From contig CALXAD010000002.1 of the NCBI GenBank assembly GCA_944386195.1, positions 12,946 to 76,945 of the forward strand: a stretch of DNA of 64,000 nt, read 5' to 3'. Numbering within the stretch: position 1 is the first letter of the stretch; the number at the start of each line of letters is the position of its first letter. Under the pieces are notes generated by a model that ran no database searches, was not told the origin of the DNA, and saw nothing but the letters and a program-made list of their open reading frames with translations. The translations under genes and the position numbers were made by a program. Below, one piece after another: positions 10,458 to 20,105 of the stretch. Source of the stretch: an uncultured Clostridia bacterium. Its GTDB lineage: Bacteria > Bacillota > Clostridia > TANB77 > CAG-508.

Positions 10458-11891
10458 ATGAATAAAAAGAATAATGTAAATAATATTTTAATAGTAACTG
10501 CATTCCCAACATATGGAGCAGGAAGTGGAGTACAAGTAACAGCACTTGCAAACTCATATTTAAATAAAGGTAAAAATGTTACAGTAATTACAGGAAACAA
10601 TAAATTAGACTTTGATAAAATCCCAGGAGTAAAATATCATGTAGTACCATTTAAAAGTGAAGAAGGTGGAGAACCAATTCCAGGACAATGTGATTTTAAT
10701 TATTTAATGTTTACAACACATACAGAAAGTACAGCTAATTTCTGGGATGCAACGTTAGATCAAATAAAAGAATATCAAGGAGCATTTAGAAAAGCAATAA
10801 ATGATGAAGTTAAAGAATCAAAACCAGATATTATCCATGCACAACATAATTGGATTACTGCAAGTATTTGTACAGAAACAGGAGTTCCTGTTGTTACAAC
10901 AATACATGGAACAGATTTAATGGGATATGAAAGAAGTATAAAAGAATTAGGCGAAATACGTAATAAATTAAAGACTGAAACAAATCCTGAAGAAATAAAA
11001 AGATTAAAAGATGAAGAAACAAAGTATAATTTATATATTGAACATGCAAATAGGTCTGCACTTAATTCTAAGAAAATTATTGTAATATCAGAAGCACAAA
11101 AAGAAAAATTTACAGAATTATTCCCATTAGCAGCAAATAAAGTAGAATTAATTGAAAATGGATATGATACTAAAAAATTCTATGTAGATAAAAATGTAAC
11201 AAAGGAAGATGTTATAGGAAAATTAGTATCACAAAATACTGAAGATGGAAAGATACCTTTAGATTATGATAAATTAGTAGTATTTGTAGGAAAATTTGCA
11301 GATTTTAAAGGAATAGATGTTCTATTAGATGCTGCTAAAAACTACGAAGAAGAAATGCAAGAACAAGGTAAAAAAGTAGCAACAGTAATAGTAGGTTCTG
11401 GACAATTAGAAGAAAAATTAAAGAAACAAGCAGAAGAACTAAAACTAAAAAATACTCATTTTGTAGGAAGGAAGAACACAGATGAAGTAAGAAGTATTCA
11501 AAATTTAGCTGATGTATCTTTGATTCCATCAAGAAATGAACCATTTGGTTTAGTAGTATTAGAGGGAATGGCATGTGGACATCCAGTAATAGGAACAAAT
11601 GCTGGTGGAATTCCAGGAATATTAAACTCTGACAAACAAGATATATCAGACACATCAAAAACATATGTAACACCACTTGGTGTATTAGTTCCAATGGATG
11701 ATAGTAAAGCTTTAAGTGATGCTGTTTGTGATGTATTAAGTGGAAAAGATAAATTTGATAATAAATATATAGTAGATTATACGAGAGAAAATTATGCACA
11801 AGAAAAAGTAACAGACCATATATTAGAACTTTTCGAAGATGTTGCTGAGTCTCAAAGAAATAATCATAGTAAAGAAGATGAAGAAAGATAA
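10458..11891 (+). CDS. glycosyltransferase (GT4/GT1-type, GT-B fold)
   Basis: C-terminal domain ..IPSRNEPFGLVVLEGMACGHPVIGTNAGGIP.. is the classic GT4 E-x7-E region. Confidence 0.7.
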   Translation: MNKKNNVNNILIVTAFPTYGAGSGVQVTALANSYLNKGKNVTVITGNNKLDFDKIPGVKYHVVPFKSEEGGEPIPGQCDFNYLMFTTHTESTANFWDATLDQIKEYQGAFRKAINDEVKESKPDIIHAQHNWITASICTETGVPVVTTIHGTDLMGYERSIKELGEIRNKLKTETNPEEIKRLKDEETKYNLYIEHANRSALNSKKIIVISEAQKEKFTELFPLAANKVELIENGYDTKKFYVDKNVTKEDVIGKLVSQNTEDGKIPLDYDKLVVFVGKFADFKGIDVLLDAAKNYEEEMQEQGKKVATVIVGSGQLEEKLKKQAEELKLKNTHFVGRKNTDEVRSIQNLADVSLIPSRNEPFGLVVLEGMACGHPVIGTNAGGIPGILNSDKQDISDTSKTYVTPLGVLVPMDDSKALSDAVCDVLSGKDKFDNKYIVDYTRENYAQEKVTDHILELFEDVAESQRNNHSKEDEER

Positions 11892-11895
11892 AAAG

Positions 11896-11918
11896 AATCC
11901 CTCCAAAAAGGAGGGATT
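11896..11918 (+). terminator. terminator hairpin after the glycosyltransferase gene
   Basis: AATCCCTCC-AAAAA-GGAGGGATT, a perfect 9-bp stem. The trailing T-run is weak. Confidence 0.5.
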
Positions 11919-12013
11919 TCATACGTTTATAAACGAATATACACATTTAAATGCGCAACATTAAATGTAATATTATTATATGAAAAAAAATAAAAATTAT
12001 TCAAAAAAAAGCA

Positions 12014-12038
12014 AAGACTAGGTTTATAACCTAGTCTT
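12014..12038 (-). terminator. rho-independent terminator of the 12134..12868 gene
   Basis: AAGACTAGGT-TTATA-ACCTAGTCTT, followed on the minus strand by T8 (complement of 12003-12010). Confidence 0.6.
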
Positions 12039-12133
12039 CGAAGAACAACTTCCACAACCAATAGGATGTGCAACAGTTAAATGTAATTATAGTATACAAA
12101 ATTTTTTCTAGGTAGTCAATATTTTTAGAAAAA

Positions 12134-12868
12134 TTAATTATCAAAAAGATAATATTTTTTTAATGTAATTAAAATGTTATCATAATCGTTTTTAGATAAA
12201 TGGGCAATTTTCCTATTATAAAAGAAAGGTTCTCTAATTCGTTTATAACTAAAATTTGCCATGGCTTCAATTTTTGCTGTACTACGAGGCAGATTTTCTA
12301 AATCATAATGAAAATAATATTTATCATTATAACATTTACTACTTAAAGGAATTACAGTCCACATCTTTTTATCAGAAGAAGAACGCCATAAAATGGCAGG
12401 TCTTAGTTTTCTTATTTCAGAACCTACATTTTGTCCAAAATCAACCCAACAAATAGAATTAGAATTTAGGTTGGAAATTTCAATGTCATTGTTATTTAAT
12501 AATAATTTATCATAGCACCATTTTAAATATTTAATTTTTTCAATATCATTATAATTAATTTCATTACTTAGTTTTTTTATTAAAGAATCTTTTAAAAGTT
12601 TTAAAATATAAGAAAAATCTTCATTATTTACTTTTAAAAATTTACCTTTAACATAAACAAGTCCTTTAATATCAGTTTTATTATATTCTTGTAAATCATT
12701 AATATCAACAAACTTATTTATAGAATTTATATGTATAAAATTATTAGTGTTTTTATTATGAATAGTTAGACCGACATAGTGGTTAGGAGACATATTGTAT
12801 ATTATTAAAATATGTTTCTTAATATTATTTTCAAAAACTTCATATATATTTTGTGAAAATATTTTCAA
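12134..12868 (-). CDS. protein with a C-terminal PemK/MazF-like toxin domain
   Basis: C-terminal half has WVDFGQNVGSEIRKLRPAILW....WTVIPLSSK, resembling the MazF/PemK core. The N-terminal ~130 aa are unassigned. Confidence 0.45.
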   Translation of the reverse strand: MKIFSQNIYEVFENNIKKHILIIYNMSPNHYVGLTIHNKNTNNFIHINSINKFVDINDLQEYNKTDIKGLVYVKGKFLKVNNEDFSYILKLLKDSLIKKLSNEINYNDIEKIKYLKWCYDKLLLNNNDIEISNLNSNSICWVDFGQNVGSEIRKLRPAILWRSSSDKKMWTVIPLSSKCYNDKYYFHYDLENLPRSTAKIEAMANFSYKRIREPFFYNRKIAHLSKNDYDNILITLKKYYLFDN

Positions 12869-13009
12869 AATAGAACCTCCTAAATATTTAATATTTTAAA
12901 CAATACCATAATAAAGAAAAAATTTCAAGAGAGATGAAGAAAAGATTTTGTAAATAAATGGCAAATGAGACAAAAAAGGAGTGTCCCTAATTTGTCTCAT
13001 ATTTCTATC

Positions 13010-13077
13010 TTAGGCTCATACTTTTCAAGCCACATGTTAACTTGGCAAAGATAAGCCATAAGCTGAGGGCCAACCAT
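13010..13077 (-). repeat. displaced copy of the asnB 3' terminus (direct repeat of 14568-14635)
   Basis: 68 nt with 5 mismatches to 14568-14635; the last 39 nt are identical. Encodes MVGPQLMAYLCQVNMWLEKYEPKIEI* on the minus strand. Confidence 0.8.
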
Positions 13078-13381
13078 TGGATGTCAGAAATGGACACGAG
13101 GCTATATCACTAGAGCATTTAAGAAAAATCGAAAAGTATAAATCTTACATTTTATAAGAATGGATCAACTTTTCGGGAAGTTATGGAAAAGATACTTCTT
13201 ATGAAATTAAATGATATAGATAAAAATAAATATTAGAAAAAACACTTGACAATTACAAACAAATGTTCTAAAATATATCATACAGTAATATCATAAAAAT
13301 TGTAATCTATATACTAAAAAACGAGCCAATAAATCATACAAATATGTTATTATAAGTAAATACCGCAAGGATGTGATAGTT

Positions 13382-14245
13382 ATGGAATTTGAAAAATCCA
13401 AGCTGATAGAATTAAAAGAAAAGTTTGATTCTATTATCAATACAGAAGAAAAAGAAAATATAGAATTTTGGTATGCAAGGGATTTACAGATTCAATTGGG
13501 TTACAAAAGATGGGAAAATTTTATTGAAACGATAAAAAAAGCAATGAAATCTTGTGAAAATGCTGGTATACCTGTAGAAAATCATTTTCGTGAGGTTACG
13601 AAAATGATAAATTTAGCAAAAGGTGCAAAAAGACCAATACAAGACTATATGTTAACGAGATATGCTTGTTATTTAATTGCTCAAAATGGAGATTCTAAAA
13701 AAGAAGAAATTGCATTTGCTCAAACATATTTTGCAGTACAAACTAGAAAACAAGAAATAATTGAAGATAGGATAAGACTAATGAATCGATTAGAAGCAAG
13801 AGAAAGACTAAAAGAATCTGAAAAGCAGTTATCTAAAAATATTTATGAAAGAGGAGTGGATGATTTAGGATTTGCAAGAATTCGTTCAAAAGGAGATTCG
13901 GCATTATTTGGTGGATTAAATACAATGCAAATGAAAGCAAAATATGGTGTAAAAGAAAATAGACCTTTAGCAGATTTTTTGCCTACTCTAACTATTGCAG
14001 CAAAAAATCTAGCCACAGAAATGACAAATTACAATGTAACCGAAAAAGATATGTATGGTGAAGAAAGTATAACTGATGAACATGTGGATAATAATTTGAG
14101 TGTAAGAAATATGTTAAACAAAAGAGGCATTAAACCAGAAAATCTAAAACCAGCAGAAGATTTAAAGAAATTAGAAAGAAGAGTTAAGTCAGAAAGTAAG
14201 AAAATAGCTGGTAGTGATAAATTGCCTAGAAATAAATTAAATTAA
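13382..14245 (+). CDS. dinD: DNA damage-inducible protein D
   Basis: N-terminus ..IEFWYARDLQIQLGYKRWENFIETIKKA...YMLTRYACYLIAQNGD.. is typical DinD. Confidence 0.8.
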   Translation: MEFEKSKLIELKEKFDSIINTEEKENIEFWYARDLQIQLGYKRWENFIETIKKAMKSCENAGIPVENHFREVTKMINLAKGAKRPIQDYMLTRYACYLIAQNGDSKKEEIAFAQTYFAVQTRKQEIIEDRIRLMNRLEARERLKESEKQLSKNIYERGVDDLGFARIRSKGDSALFGGLNTMQMKAKYGVKENRPLADFLPTLTIAAKNLATEMTNYNVTEKDMYGEESITDEHVDNNLSVRNMLNKRGIKPENLKPAEDLKKLERRVKSESKKIAGSDKLPRNKLN

Positions 14246-14521
14246 ATTGAAATAGTTACATAAATATAGTAATAATATATTTTTGAAAATTCCTATTCTA
14301 ATTTAAGAGCAGTTTAAATAAATAGCAACTTGTTAACTTATTTTAGGAAGCCAATTGGCAAGGAGCAAGAAAAATGATAACAGTAGAAAGTGCAAAAGCA
14401 AATACTCAACATATGCTGAAATTGTACAACATTTTTTCTAAAGAGAAAAAATCGCTCTAAAAATTAAAATGTTGAGAAAGGAAGAAAGGCATTTGAAAGG
14501 CAAAGTTACTAATATCGCATT

Positions 14522-14546
14522 TTGAGGTCGCAAATCGCGACCTCAA
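14522..14546. terminator. GC-rich hairpin downstream of asnB
   Basis: TTGAGGTCGC-AAATC-GCGACCTCAA, a perfect 10-bp stem 9 nt past the asnB stop. No strong T-run. Confidence 0.5.
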
Positions 14547-14554
14547 GATAAAAA

Positions 14555-16402
14555 TTATAATTCAATTTTAGGCTGATATTTCTCAAGCCACATATTGACT
14601 TGGCAAAGATAAGCCATAAGCTGAGGGCCAACCATTAATTGACCAAACCAGGGTCTAGTAAAGGCTTTACCATCAGTTTCTAAAATTTCTAAAATATAAT
14701 CTCTATTTAATAAATTATTAATAGGAGCATCTTTATCTTCCATGATTTTACTTAGCATTCCTTTAACTTTGGCAAGATAAGTTGGGTTATGAGTCTTAGG
14801 ATATGGAGATTTTTTTCTATCTACAATTTCAGAAGGTAGGAAATCTTTACAAATGTAACGAAGAAGACCTTTTTCACGTCCTTTTAAAGCTTTCCATTCC
14901 CAAGGAATATTCCATACATATTGTGCTAATCTATAATCACAAAATGGAACTCTAAGTTCAAAACCATTATACATAGCCATTCTATCTGAACGGTCAAGCA
15001 ATGTTTGCATAAACCAGTTAAGAGTTAAGTGAGAGATTTTTCTTTTTTCGGCAGTTTCTTTTGAATCAGTATCTAAAATTTCTACTTCTTTTAAACTTTC
15101 ATCATATCTGTAATCTATATAATCTTTTAATTTTATTTTTTCACCAATATAAGGATTTAATAACTTTTGTCTTTCAGAAGTTGATATTGACCAAGGAAAA
15201 GTATTACTTTTTAAAGCATCTTCACGGAAAAACCATGGATACCCACCAAAGATTTCGTCTGCACATTCACCTGTTAATGAAACTGTCATATCTTTTTTTA
15301 CATATTTACAAAATAAAAGTAAAGAAGAATCGATATCTGCCATACCAGGAGTATCACGAGCAATCATAGCATCTTCTAAAGCTTCTGCGAGTTCTGGTGT
15401 ATCTATTACAATTTTATGATGATTAGTTCCAAGTCTTTTACTTATGAAGTCAACATAGAAACTATCAGAATTTGGCTGAAAATCGCTTTTAACGAAATTT
15501 TTATCATTATCTACATAATCTATAGAATAAGTATCTAAAGGTGGCATATCATTAGCCTTGTGATAATCTGATGCAAATTTTGTTATAATACTTGAATCTA
15601 AACCACCAGAAAGAAATGTACATAAAGGAACATCAGAAACTAATTGTCTAGTTATAGCATCATTTAACAAAAATTTTAAATGTTCACATGTTTGACCAAA
15701 GCTATCTTTATGTTCTTTAGATTTTAATTTCCAATAACGTTTTATATGAAGCCCTGAATTATTAAAAACAGCAAAATGAGCTGGTTTAATTTCATAAATA
15801 CCTTTAAACACAGTAAGACCAGGAGTATGTGCTGGACCTATTCCAAAAAGTTCTAATATACCTTGGCTATCAACTATCTTTTCTACACCAGGATATTCAA
15901 ATAAAGCCTTAATTTCAGAAGCAAAAATAAGTGTATTATCAACCAGAGCATAAAATAATGGTTTTACTCCAAAATGGTCACGAGCAAGGAAAATTTCGTT
16001 GTTTTTAGTATCTAAAATAGCAAAAGCAAAAATACCATTTAAATGTTTAACTACATCTTTACCATAATGAATATAAGATTTTAATAATATTTCTGTGTCA
16101 GAATGAGATTTAATTTTAAAACCATTTTGTACTAATTCTTCTTTTAATTCTTTAGTGTTGTAAATTTGACCATTGTAAACAATAATATATGTATTAGATA
16201 AAAAGCTTTCAATCATAGGTTGTTTACCACCTTCTGGGTCAATAACAATTAATCTTTTGTGTGCTAATTCTGCGTGTTTATCTATATAATATCCATCTTC
16301 ATCAGGACCACGCTTTTTTAATGTTTCATTCATATTTTTTAAAATATTTTCTTTTTTAGAAACATCTTCTTTAAAGTTAGCAAAACCTACAAATCCACAC
16401 AT
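14555..16402 (-). CDS. asnB: asparagine synthase (glutamine-hydrolysing)
   Basis: MCGFVGF Ntn-amidotransferase start (ATG 16402 after GGAGG) and the SGGLDSS PP-loop. Confidence 0.9.
   Translation of the reverse strand: MCGFVGFANFKEDVSKKENILKNMNETLKKRGPDEDGYYIDKHAELAHKRLIVIDPEGGKQPMIESFLSNTYIIVYNGQIYNTKELKEELVQNGFKIKSHSDTEILLKSYIHYGKDVVKHLNGIFAFAILDTKNNEIFLARDHFGVKPLFYALVDNTLIFASEIKALFEYPGVEKIVDSQGILELFGIGPAHTPGLTVFKGIYEIKPAHFAVFNNSGLHIKRYWKLKSKEHKDSFGQTCEHLKFLLNDAITRQLVSDVPLCTFLSGGLDSSIITKFASDYHKANDMPPLDTYSIDYVDNDKNFVKSDFQPNSDSFYVDFISKRLGTNHHKIVIDTPELAEALEDAMIARDTPGMADIDSSLLLFCKYVKKDMTVSLTGECADEIFGGYPWFFREDALKSNTFPWSISTSERQKLLNPYIGEKIKLKDYIDYRYDESLKEVEILDTDSKETAEKRKISHLTLNWFMQTLLDRSDRMAMYNGFELRVPFCDYRLAQYVWNIPWEWKALKGREKGLLRYICKDFLPSEIVDRKKSPYPKTHNPTYLAKVKGMLSKIMEDKDAPINNLLNRDYILEILETDGKAFTRPWFGQLMVGPQLMAYLCQVNMWLEKYQPKIEL
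14568..14635 (-). repeat. functional asnB 3' terminus, direct-repeat partner of 13010-13077
   Basis: See 13010-13077. Confidence 0.8.
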
Positions 16403-16503
16403 ATATAATACCTCCAATTTTATTATATGCATAAAGCCAAATAAAATTTATTGATTTTAAGAAAAAATTGTAGTAAACTTTATTAGGAAAGGTAAGGGAT
16501 ATA

Positions 16504-17046
16504 ATGTATTTGAAAAATATATTTTTACATTTTAAATTAATTACACATCATAGATGGTTGGTATTTAAATTATGTTGTAAGGTAGGAGAACCATGGAGAG
16601 GTTTTGTTCATGATTTATCTAAATATTCACCTACTGAATTTTTTGAAGGAGTTAAATATTATACTGGTACATGTTCACCTATAACTGAAGCAAAAAAGGA
16701 TAAAGGATATTCAAAAGCATGGTTACATCATAAAGGTAGAAATAAACATCATGCAGAATACTGGATTGATGATACGGCACCAGACCCAGTTCCGATAATT
16801 CCATATAAATATGCAGTTGAAATGATATGTGATAAATTAGCAGCAGGAATGGCATATAAAGGAAAAGATTTTACACCACAATATGAGCTTGATTATTGGA
16901 ATGTAGAAAGAACTAAAATAAGGGTAAATCCTAAAACACAAGATTTTGTAACAGAAGTATTAACTCAAATTACCAAAAATGGTATTAATAAAACACTTAA
17001 TAAATCTAATATAAAAATGCTTTATAAAAAGTATTGTGAAGCATAA
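16504..17046 (+). CDS. DUF5662 family protein
   Basis: ..ITHHRWLVFKLCCK....HDLSKYSPTEF...GYSKAWLHHKGRNKHHAEYW.. matches the pattern I recall for DUF5662. Confidence 0.6.
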   Translation: MYLKNIFLHFKLITHHRWLVFKLCCKVGEPWRGFVHDLSKYSPTEFFEGVKYYTGTCSPITEAKKDKGYSKAWLHHKGRNKHHAEYWIDDTAPDPVPIIPYKYAVEMICDKLAAGMAYKGKDFTPQYELDYWNVERTKIRVNPKTQDFVTEVLTQITKNGINKTLNKSNIKMLYKKYCEA

Positions 17047-17156
17047 TGCTTATCTAAAGTCTTTACTTTCAGACAAAGATGAGGTATACTAGAGTAGTAG
17101 GTTAAATAGCCTAATTATAAAATCTCAATTTTGAATAGTTATTTTAAGGAGAAAAT

Positions 17157-17333
17157 ATGACTGACAACGGTTCAATAGCACAAGATAATTATTTAAATCC
17201 TAAACTTCCAAAAGGATTAAGCAACGCTGAAAAAGTCGATAAGATTTTCAAGGCGGCCAAAAAAAGAGCAGCTCTTCATGCTGAAGAGTCCAAAAAAGGA
17301 TTTGACCCATTTAACTCTATTCATTTTGATTAA
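17157..17333 (+). CDS. small hypothetical protein (58 aa)
   Basis: ATG 17157 preceded by AAGGAGAAAA. Hairpin downstream. Below the track cutoff. Confidence 0.35.
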   Translation: MTDNGSIAQDNYLNPKLPKGLSNAEKVDKIFKAAKKRAALHAEESKKGFDPFNSIHFD

Positions 17334-17422
17334 AATTGAGATGATTAGATAAATAATATCTAATAAAACAAGGCCATATTAATTTATGATGTGGTCTTGT
17401 TAAAAAATATTCTTAATAAATA

Positions 17423-17451
17423 TTGACAAAAGTTAAAAATACTTGTATAAT
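17423..17451 (+). promoter_or_regulatory. sigma-A type promoter of rpmF
   Basis: TTGACA (17423-17428), 17-nt spacer, TATAAT (17446-17451). Confidence 0.5.
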
Positions 17452-17532
17452 TTTATAGTGACTATAAAAAAGAGAAAAAAGCCAATAATTAATTAAATGG
17501 ATATAACCAGATGAAGCAAGGAGGGAAGTATT

Positions 17533-17724
17533 ATGGCACAACCAAAAAGAAGATGGTCTAAAGCAAGAACACATGCAAAAAGATCAACATGGAAAAAAGA
17601 ACAACCAACATTTTCAAGCTGCCCACGTTGCCATGAACCAATAATGCCACATAGAGTTTGCAAAAATTGTGGATATTATGATGGAAAAGAAGTAGTAGCT
17701 AAAAAAGAAACAGAAAATGCATAA
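17533..17724 (+). CDS. rpmF: 50S ribosomal protein L32
   Basis: MAQPKRRWSKARTHAKRS...CPRCHEP..VCKNCGYY. Confidence 0.9.
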   Translation: MAQPKRRWSKARTHAKRSTWKKEQPTFSSCPRCHEPIMPHRVCKNCGYYDGKEVVAKKETENA

Positions 17725-17770
17725 AGAGATTAAATAGTACTTTGTTAGTAAAACAGAGTGCTATTTTTAT

Positions 17771-17821
17771 TTGACAAAATGATAATTTTATTGTAAAATA
17801 TCGAAAATGACAATGTGTCAT
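17771..17821 (+). promoter_or_regulatory. tetR promoter with palindromic operator
   Basis: TTGACA 17771-17776, 17-nt spacer, TAAAAT 17794-17799. Perfect palindrome ATGACA-ATG-TGTCAT at 17807-17821. Confidence 0.4.
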
Positions 17822-17836
17822 AAAGAGGTGATTGTA

Positions 17837-18424
17837 ATGCCAAAATCTACGTTTTTTAATTTAAAAAGTGAGAAAAGAGAAAAAATAGAAAATGCAATTA
17901 TAGAAGAATTTACTAAAAATTCATTTGAACAACTTTCTATTAGTAACATTATACAAAAAGCACAAATACCAAGAGGAAGTTTTTATCAATATTTTGAAGA
18001 TAAAAGAGATGCAATTCAATATATAATTCAAAAATTTGTAATAAGAGAGCATGAAAAAGTATGGGAACTTTTACAAGAAACGAATGGAGATATTTTCGAA
18101 ACAGCAATAGGAGTTTATGATTATATGATAAATTCATCTGACTTAGAATTAGTTAAACATATATTAGAAGAATTAAGAAAAACTAATACTAATGTTTTTG
18201 AAGCTGATATAAAAATTGATAATAATAAAAATATAGTAAAAGCAATAAATAGAAATATTTTAAAAATAGAAAAAGAAGATGATTTAATATATTTCTTTAA
18301 AATTATAACATCTATTATAAGACCTGTTGCAATCGAAACAATGTCTAATAAAATAGACCATGAAACAGGAAGAAAAATTTTAAAAAGAGAATTAGAAATA
18401 TTAAAAAGAGGAATGGAAAAATAA
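17837..18424 (+). CDS. TetR/AcrR family transcriptional regulator
   Basis: N-terminal HTH ..FEQLSISNIIQKAQIPRGSFYQYFEDKRD.. ATG 17837 follows AAAGAGGTG. Confidence 0.8.
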   Translation: MPKSTFFNLKSEKREKIENAIIEEFTKNSFEQLSISNIIQKAQIPRGSFYQYFEDKRDAIQYIIQKFVIREHEKVWELLQETNGDIFETAIGVYDYMINSSDLELVKHILEELRKTNTNVFEADIKIDNNKNIVKAINRNILKIEKEDDLIYFFKIITSIIRPVAIETMSNKIDHETGRKILKRELEILKRGMEK

Positions 18425-18503
18425 TTAATAAATATGTACTTTCTTGGATAATTATGTTATATTTAATATATAATAATAAAATATATTAAAAGAGGTAAGA
18501 AAT

Positions 18504-19037
18504 ATGTTGAAAAGTTTTTTGAAAAAATCTGGTTGGACAGATATTATGGTATCAATTTTATTTATTATATTTGGAATAATGTTAATTGCTAGACCAGAAG
18601 CAATAATGTCAGTTATATCAATATTATTAGGTTTAATATTTTTAGTAATGGGTGTGTTAAAAATAATTGATTATTTTGCAAATGGGAAAAAAGATAATTA
18701 TTTAATTTCAATTGCAGTTGTAATGATTTTAATTGGACTTATTATTATGTTTTGTGCAGATATAATTTTATCAGTTTTTAGAGTCTTAATTGGAATTTGG
18801 ATTATATATAGTGGAATAATGAATTTACAAACAGCAATTATATGGAAGGATTATAAATCAAGATTATGGTTATTAACATTACTTCTTGCAATATTAACAA
18901 TAATTATTGGTATTTATGTTTTAATAAATACAGGAGCAATACTTCAAGCTGTAGGAATTTCAATTTTAGTATATGGTATAGTTGATATTATTGAGAACTT
19001 TATTTTTATAAAGAAAATTGATAATTATTTAGAGTAA
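18504..19037 (+). CDS. DUF308/HdeD-like membrane protein
   Basis: Six evenly spaced TM helices and the small size typical of the HdeD family. Confidence 0.55.
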   Translation: MLKSFLKKSGWTDIMVSILFIIFGIMLIARPEAIMSVISILLGLIFLVMGVLKIIDYFANGKKDNYLISIAVVMILIGLIIMFCADIILSVFRVLIGIWIIYSGIMNLQTAIIWKDYKSRLWLLTLLLAILTIIIGIYVLINTGAILQAVGISILVYGIVDIIENFIFIKKIDNYLE

Positions 19038-19139
19038 ATTTAAAAATTACTTAAGGGAGCTAAAAAGTAAACTTAAGTAATTTTTTTGTGTCAATTAGTC
19101 GATTTTATTCATACAATAAAATAAAAAGGAGGAGGAAAA

Positions 19140-19493
19140 ATGTTTAGAAAATGTTATTGTATGAATAATAGCTATCAAGCTAATTCATGTGAACTACAAG
19201 ATGATATCTTAGAAACTAAATGTAATAATGTAAGTTCATGTGATAATTATGAAGATAACTGCGGATGTGGATTTGATGAAGAAAAATCAATGTTTCCAGA
19301 TAATCCAATGCTTGCACAAAGTTATGTTCCTATTCAATATATGGATAAAACATTTAAGCCATGTGTTGGTTTGAAAATGGGAACAATATTTCCAGAATTA
19401 GTTAGCCCTTATGTACCAGGTCAGTCAATGAAAGAAATTGATTATTTAAGAAAAACTAATAAAATTGGGAAGGGGTGTAATGAATGTTTGTAA
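19140..19493 (+). CDS. cotJA: spore coat-associated protein CotJA
   Basis: ..MLAQSYVPIQYMDKTFKPCVGLKMGTIFPELVSPY.. is the CotJA core. Followed by cotJB/cotJC. Confidence 0.75.
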   Translation: MFRKCYCMNNSYQANSCELQDDILETKCNNVSSCDNYEDNCGCGFDEEKSMFPDNPMLAQSYVPIQYMDKTFKPCVGLKMGTIFPELVSPYVPGQSMKEIDYLRKTNKIGKGCNECL

Positions 19494-19810
19494 ATGAAAA
19501 CAGAAATTGTTCATGTAATATGAATAATAAACAAGATATGCAGGAAGAAAGAAAAGTAGATTGCCAAGAAAAAGAAGAAATGCTTCAAAATATCAGATGT
19601 CATGAATTTGCAATCAATGAACTTGCTTTATATTTAGATACTCATCCAGAAGATAGAAAAGCTCTTTGCTTGCATAAAAAATATTGCAATGAGTTAAAAG
19701 AAATGAAAGATGTATATCAAAAGGTATATGGACCTCTTACTATAAAATATCCATGTAATAAATGGAGATGGCTTGAGATGCCATGGCCTTGGGAAGGAGG
19801 AGAAGACTAA
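19484..19810 (+). CDS. cotJB: spore coat protein CotJB
   Basis: ..HEFAINELALYLDTHPEDRKAL..YQKVYGPLT.. Confidence 0.8.
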   Translation: MFVNENRNCSCNMNNKQDMQEERKVDCQEKEEMLQNIRCHEFAINELALYLDTHPEDRKALCLHKKYCNELKEMKDVYQKVYGPLTIKYPCNKWRWLEMPWPWEGGED

Positions 19811-19811
19811 T

Positions 19812-20009
19812 ATGTGGACTTATAATAAAATGCTTCAATATCCAATTAATATAAAATGTACGGACCCTAAACTTGCTAAAGTAATTATTTCTCAATATGG
19901 AGGACCTGATGGTGAACTTGCCGCTTCTCTTAGATATTTGTCTCAAAGATTTGGAATGCCAGACCAAACATCTAAAGCTATTCTTAATGATATAGGAACA
20001 GAAGAATAG
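19812..20009 (+). pseudogene. cotJC: cotJC (Mn-catalase family spore coat protein), 5' fragment of 65 codons truncated by element insertion
   Basis: MWTYNKMLQYPINIKCTDPKLAKVIISQYGGPDGELAASLRYLSQRFGMPD...DIGTEE then stop. Full-length CotJC is about 190 aa and continues with the ..HLE.. metal-binding motif, which is absent here. Confidence 0.85.
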
Positions 20010-20018
20010 GCTCCAAAA

Positions 20019-20105
20019 TGTTATCAATTAAACCGTTTATTGTTATCAAATATCAACTAATGATAACAAAATGGAGCTAATTCGACTGTACCATTTTGTT
20101 ATCAA
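20019..20105. repeat. TGTTATCAA repeat cluster and 14-bp palindrome at the left junction
   Basis: TGTTATCAA at 20019-20027, 20041-20049 and 20097-20105; inverted copy at 20061-20069. TGATAACAAAATGG (20061-20074) and CCATTTTGTTATCA (20091-20104) form a perfect inverted repeat. Confidence 0.7.

Noticed and set aside
10438-11891. Absence of mutL directly after mutS as a sign of rearrangement or a mutator genotype
   Set aside because: Gene order varies among Firmicutes, and mutL may be elsewhere. Nothing in the window shows a disruption.
20019-20105. The TGTTATCAA cluster as DnaA boxes or a replication origin
   Set aside because: The motif does not match the DnaA box consensus TTATCCACA in either orientation. 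Its position at the insertion junction fits recombination sites better.
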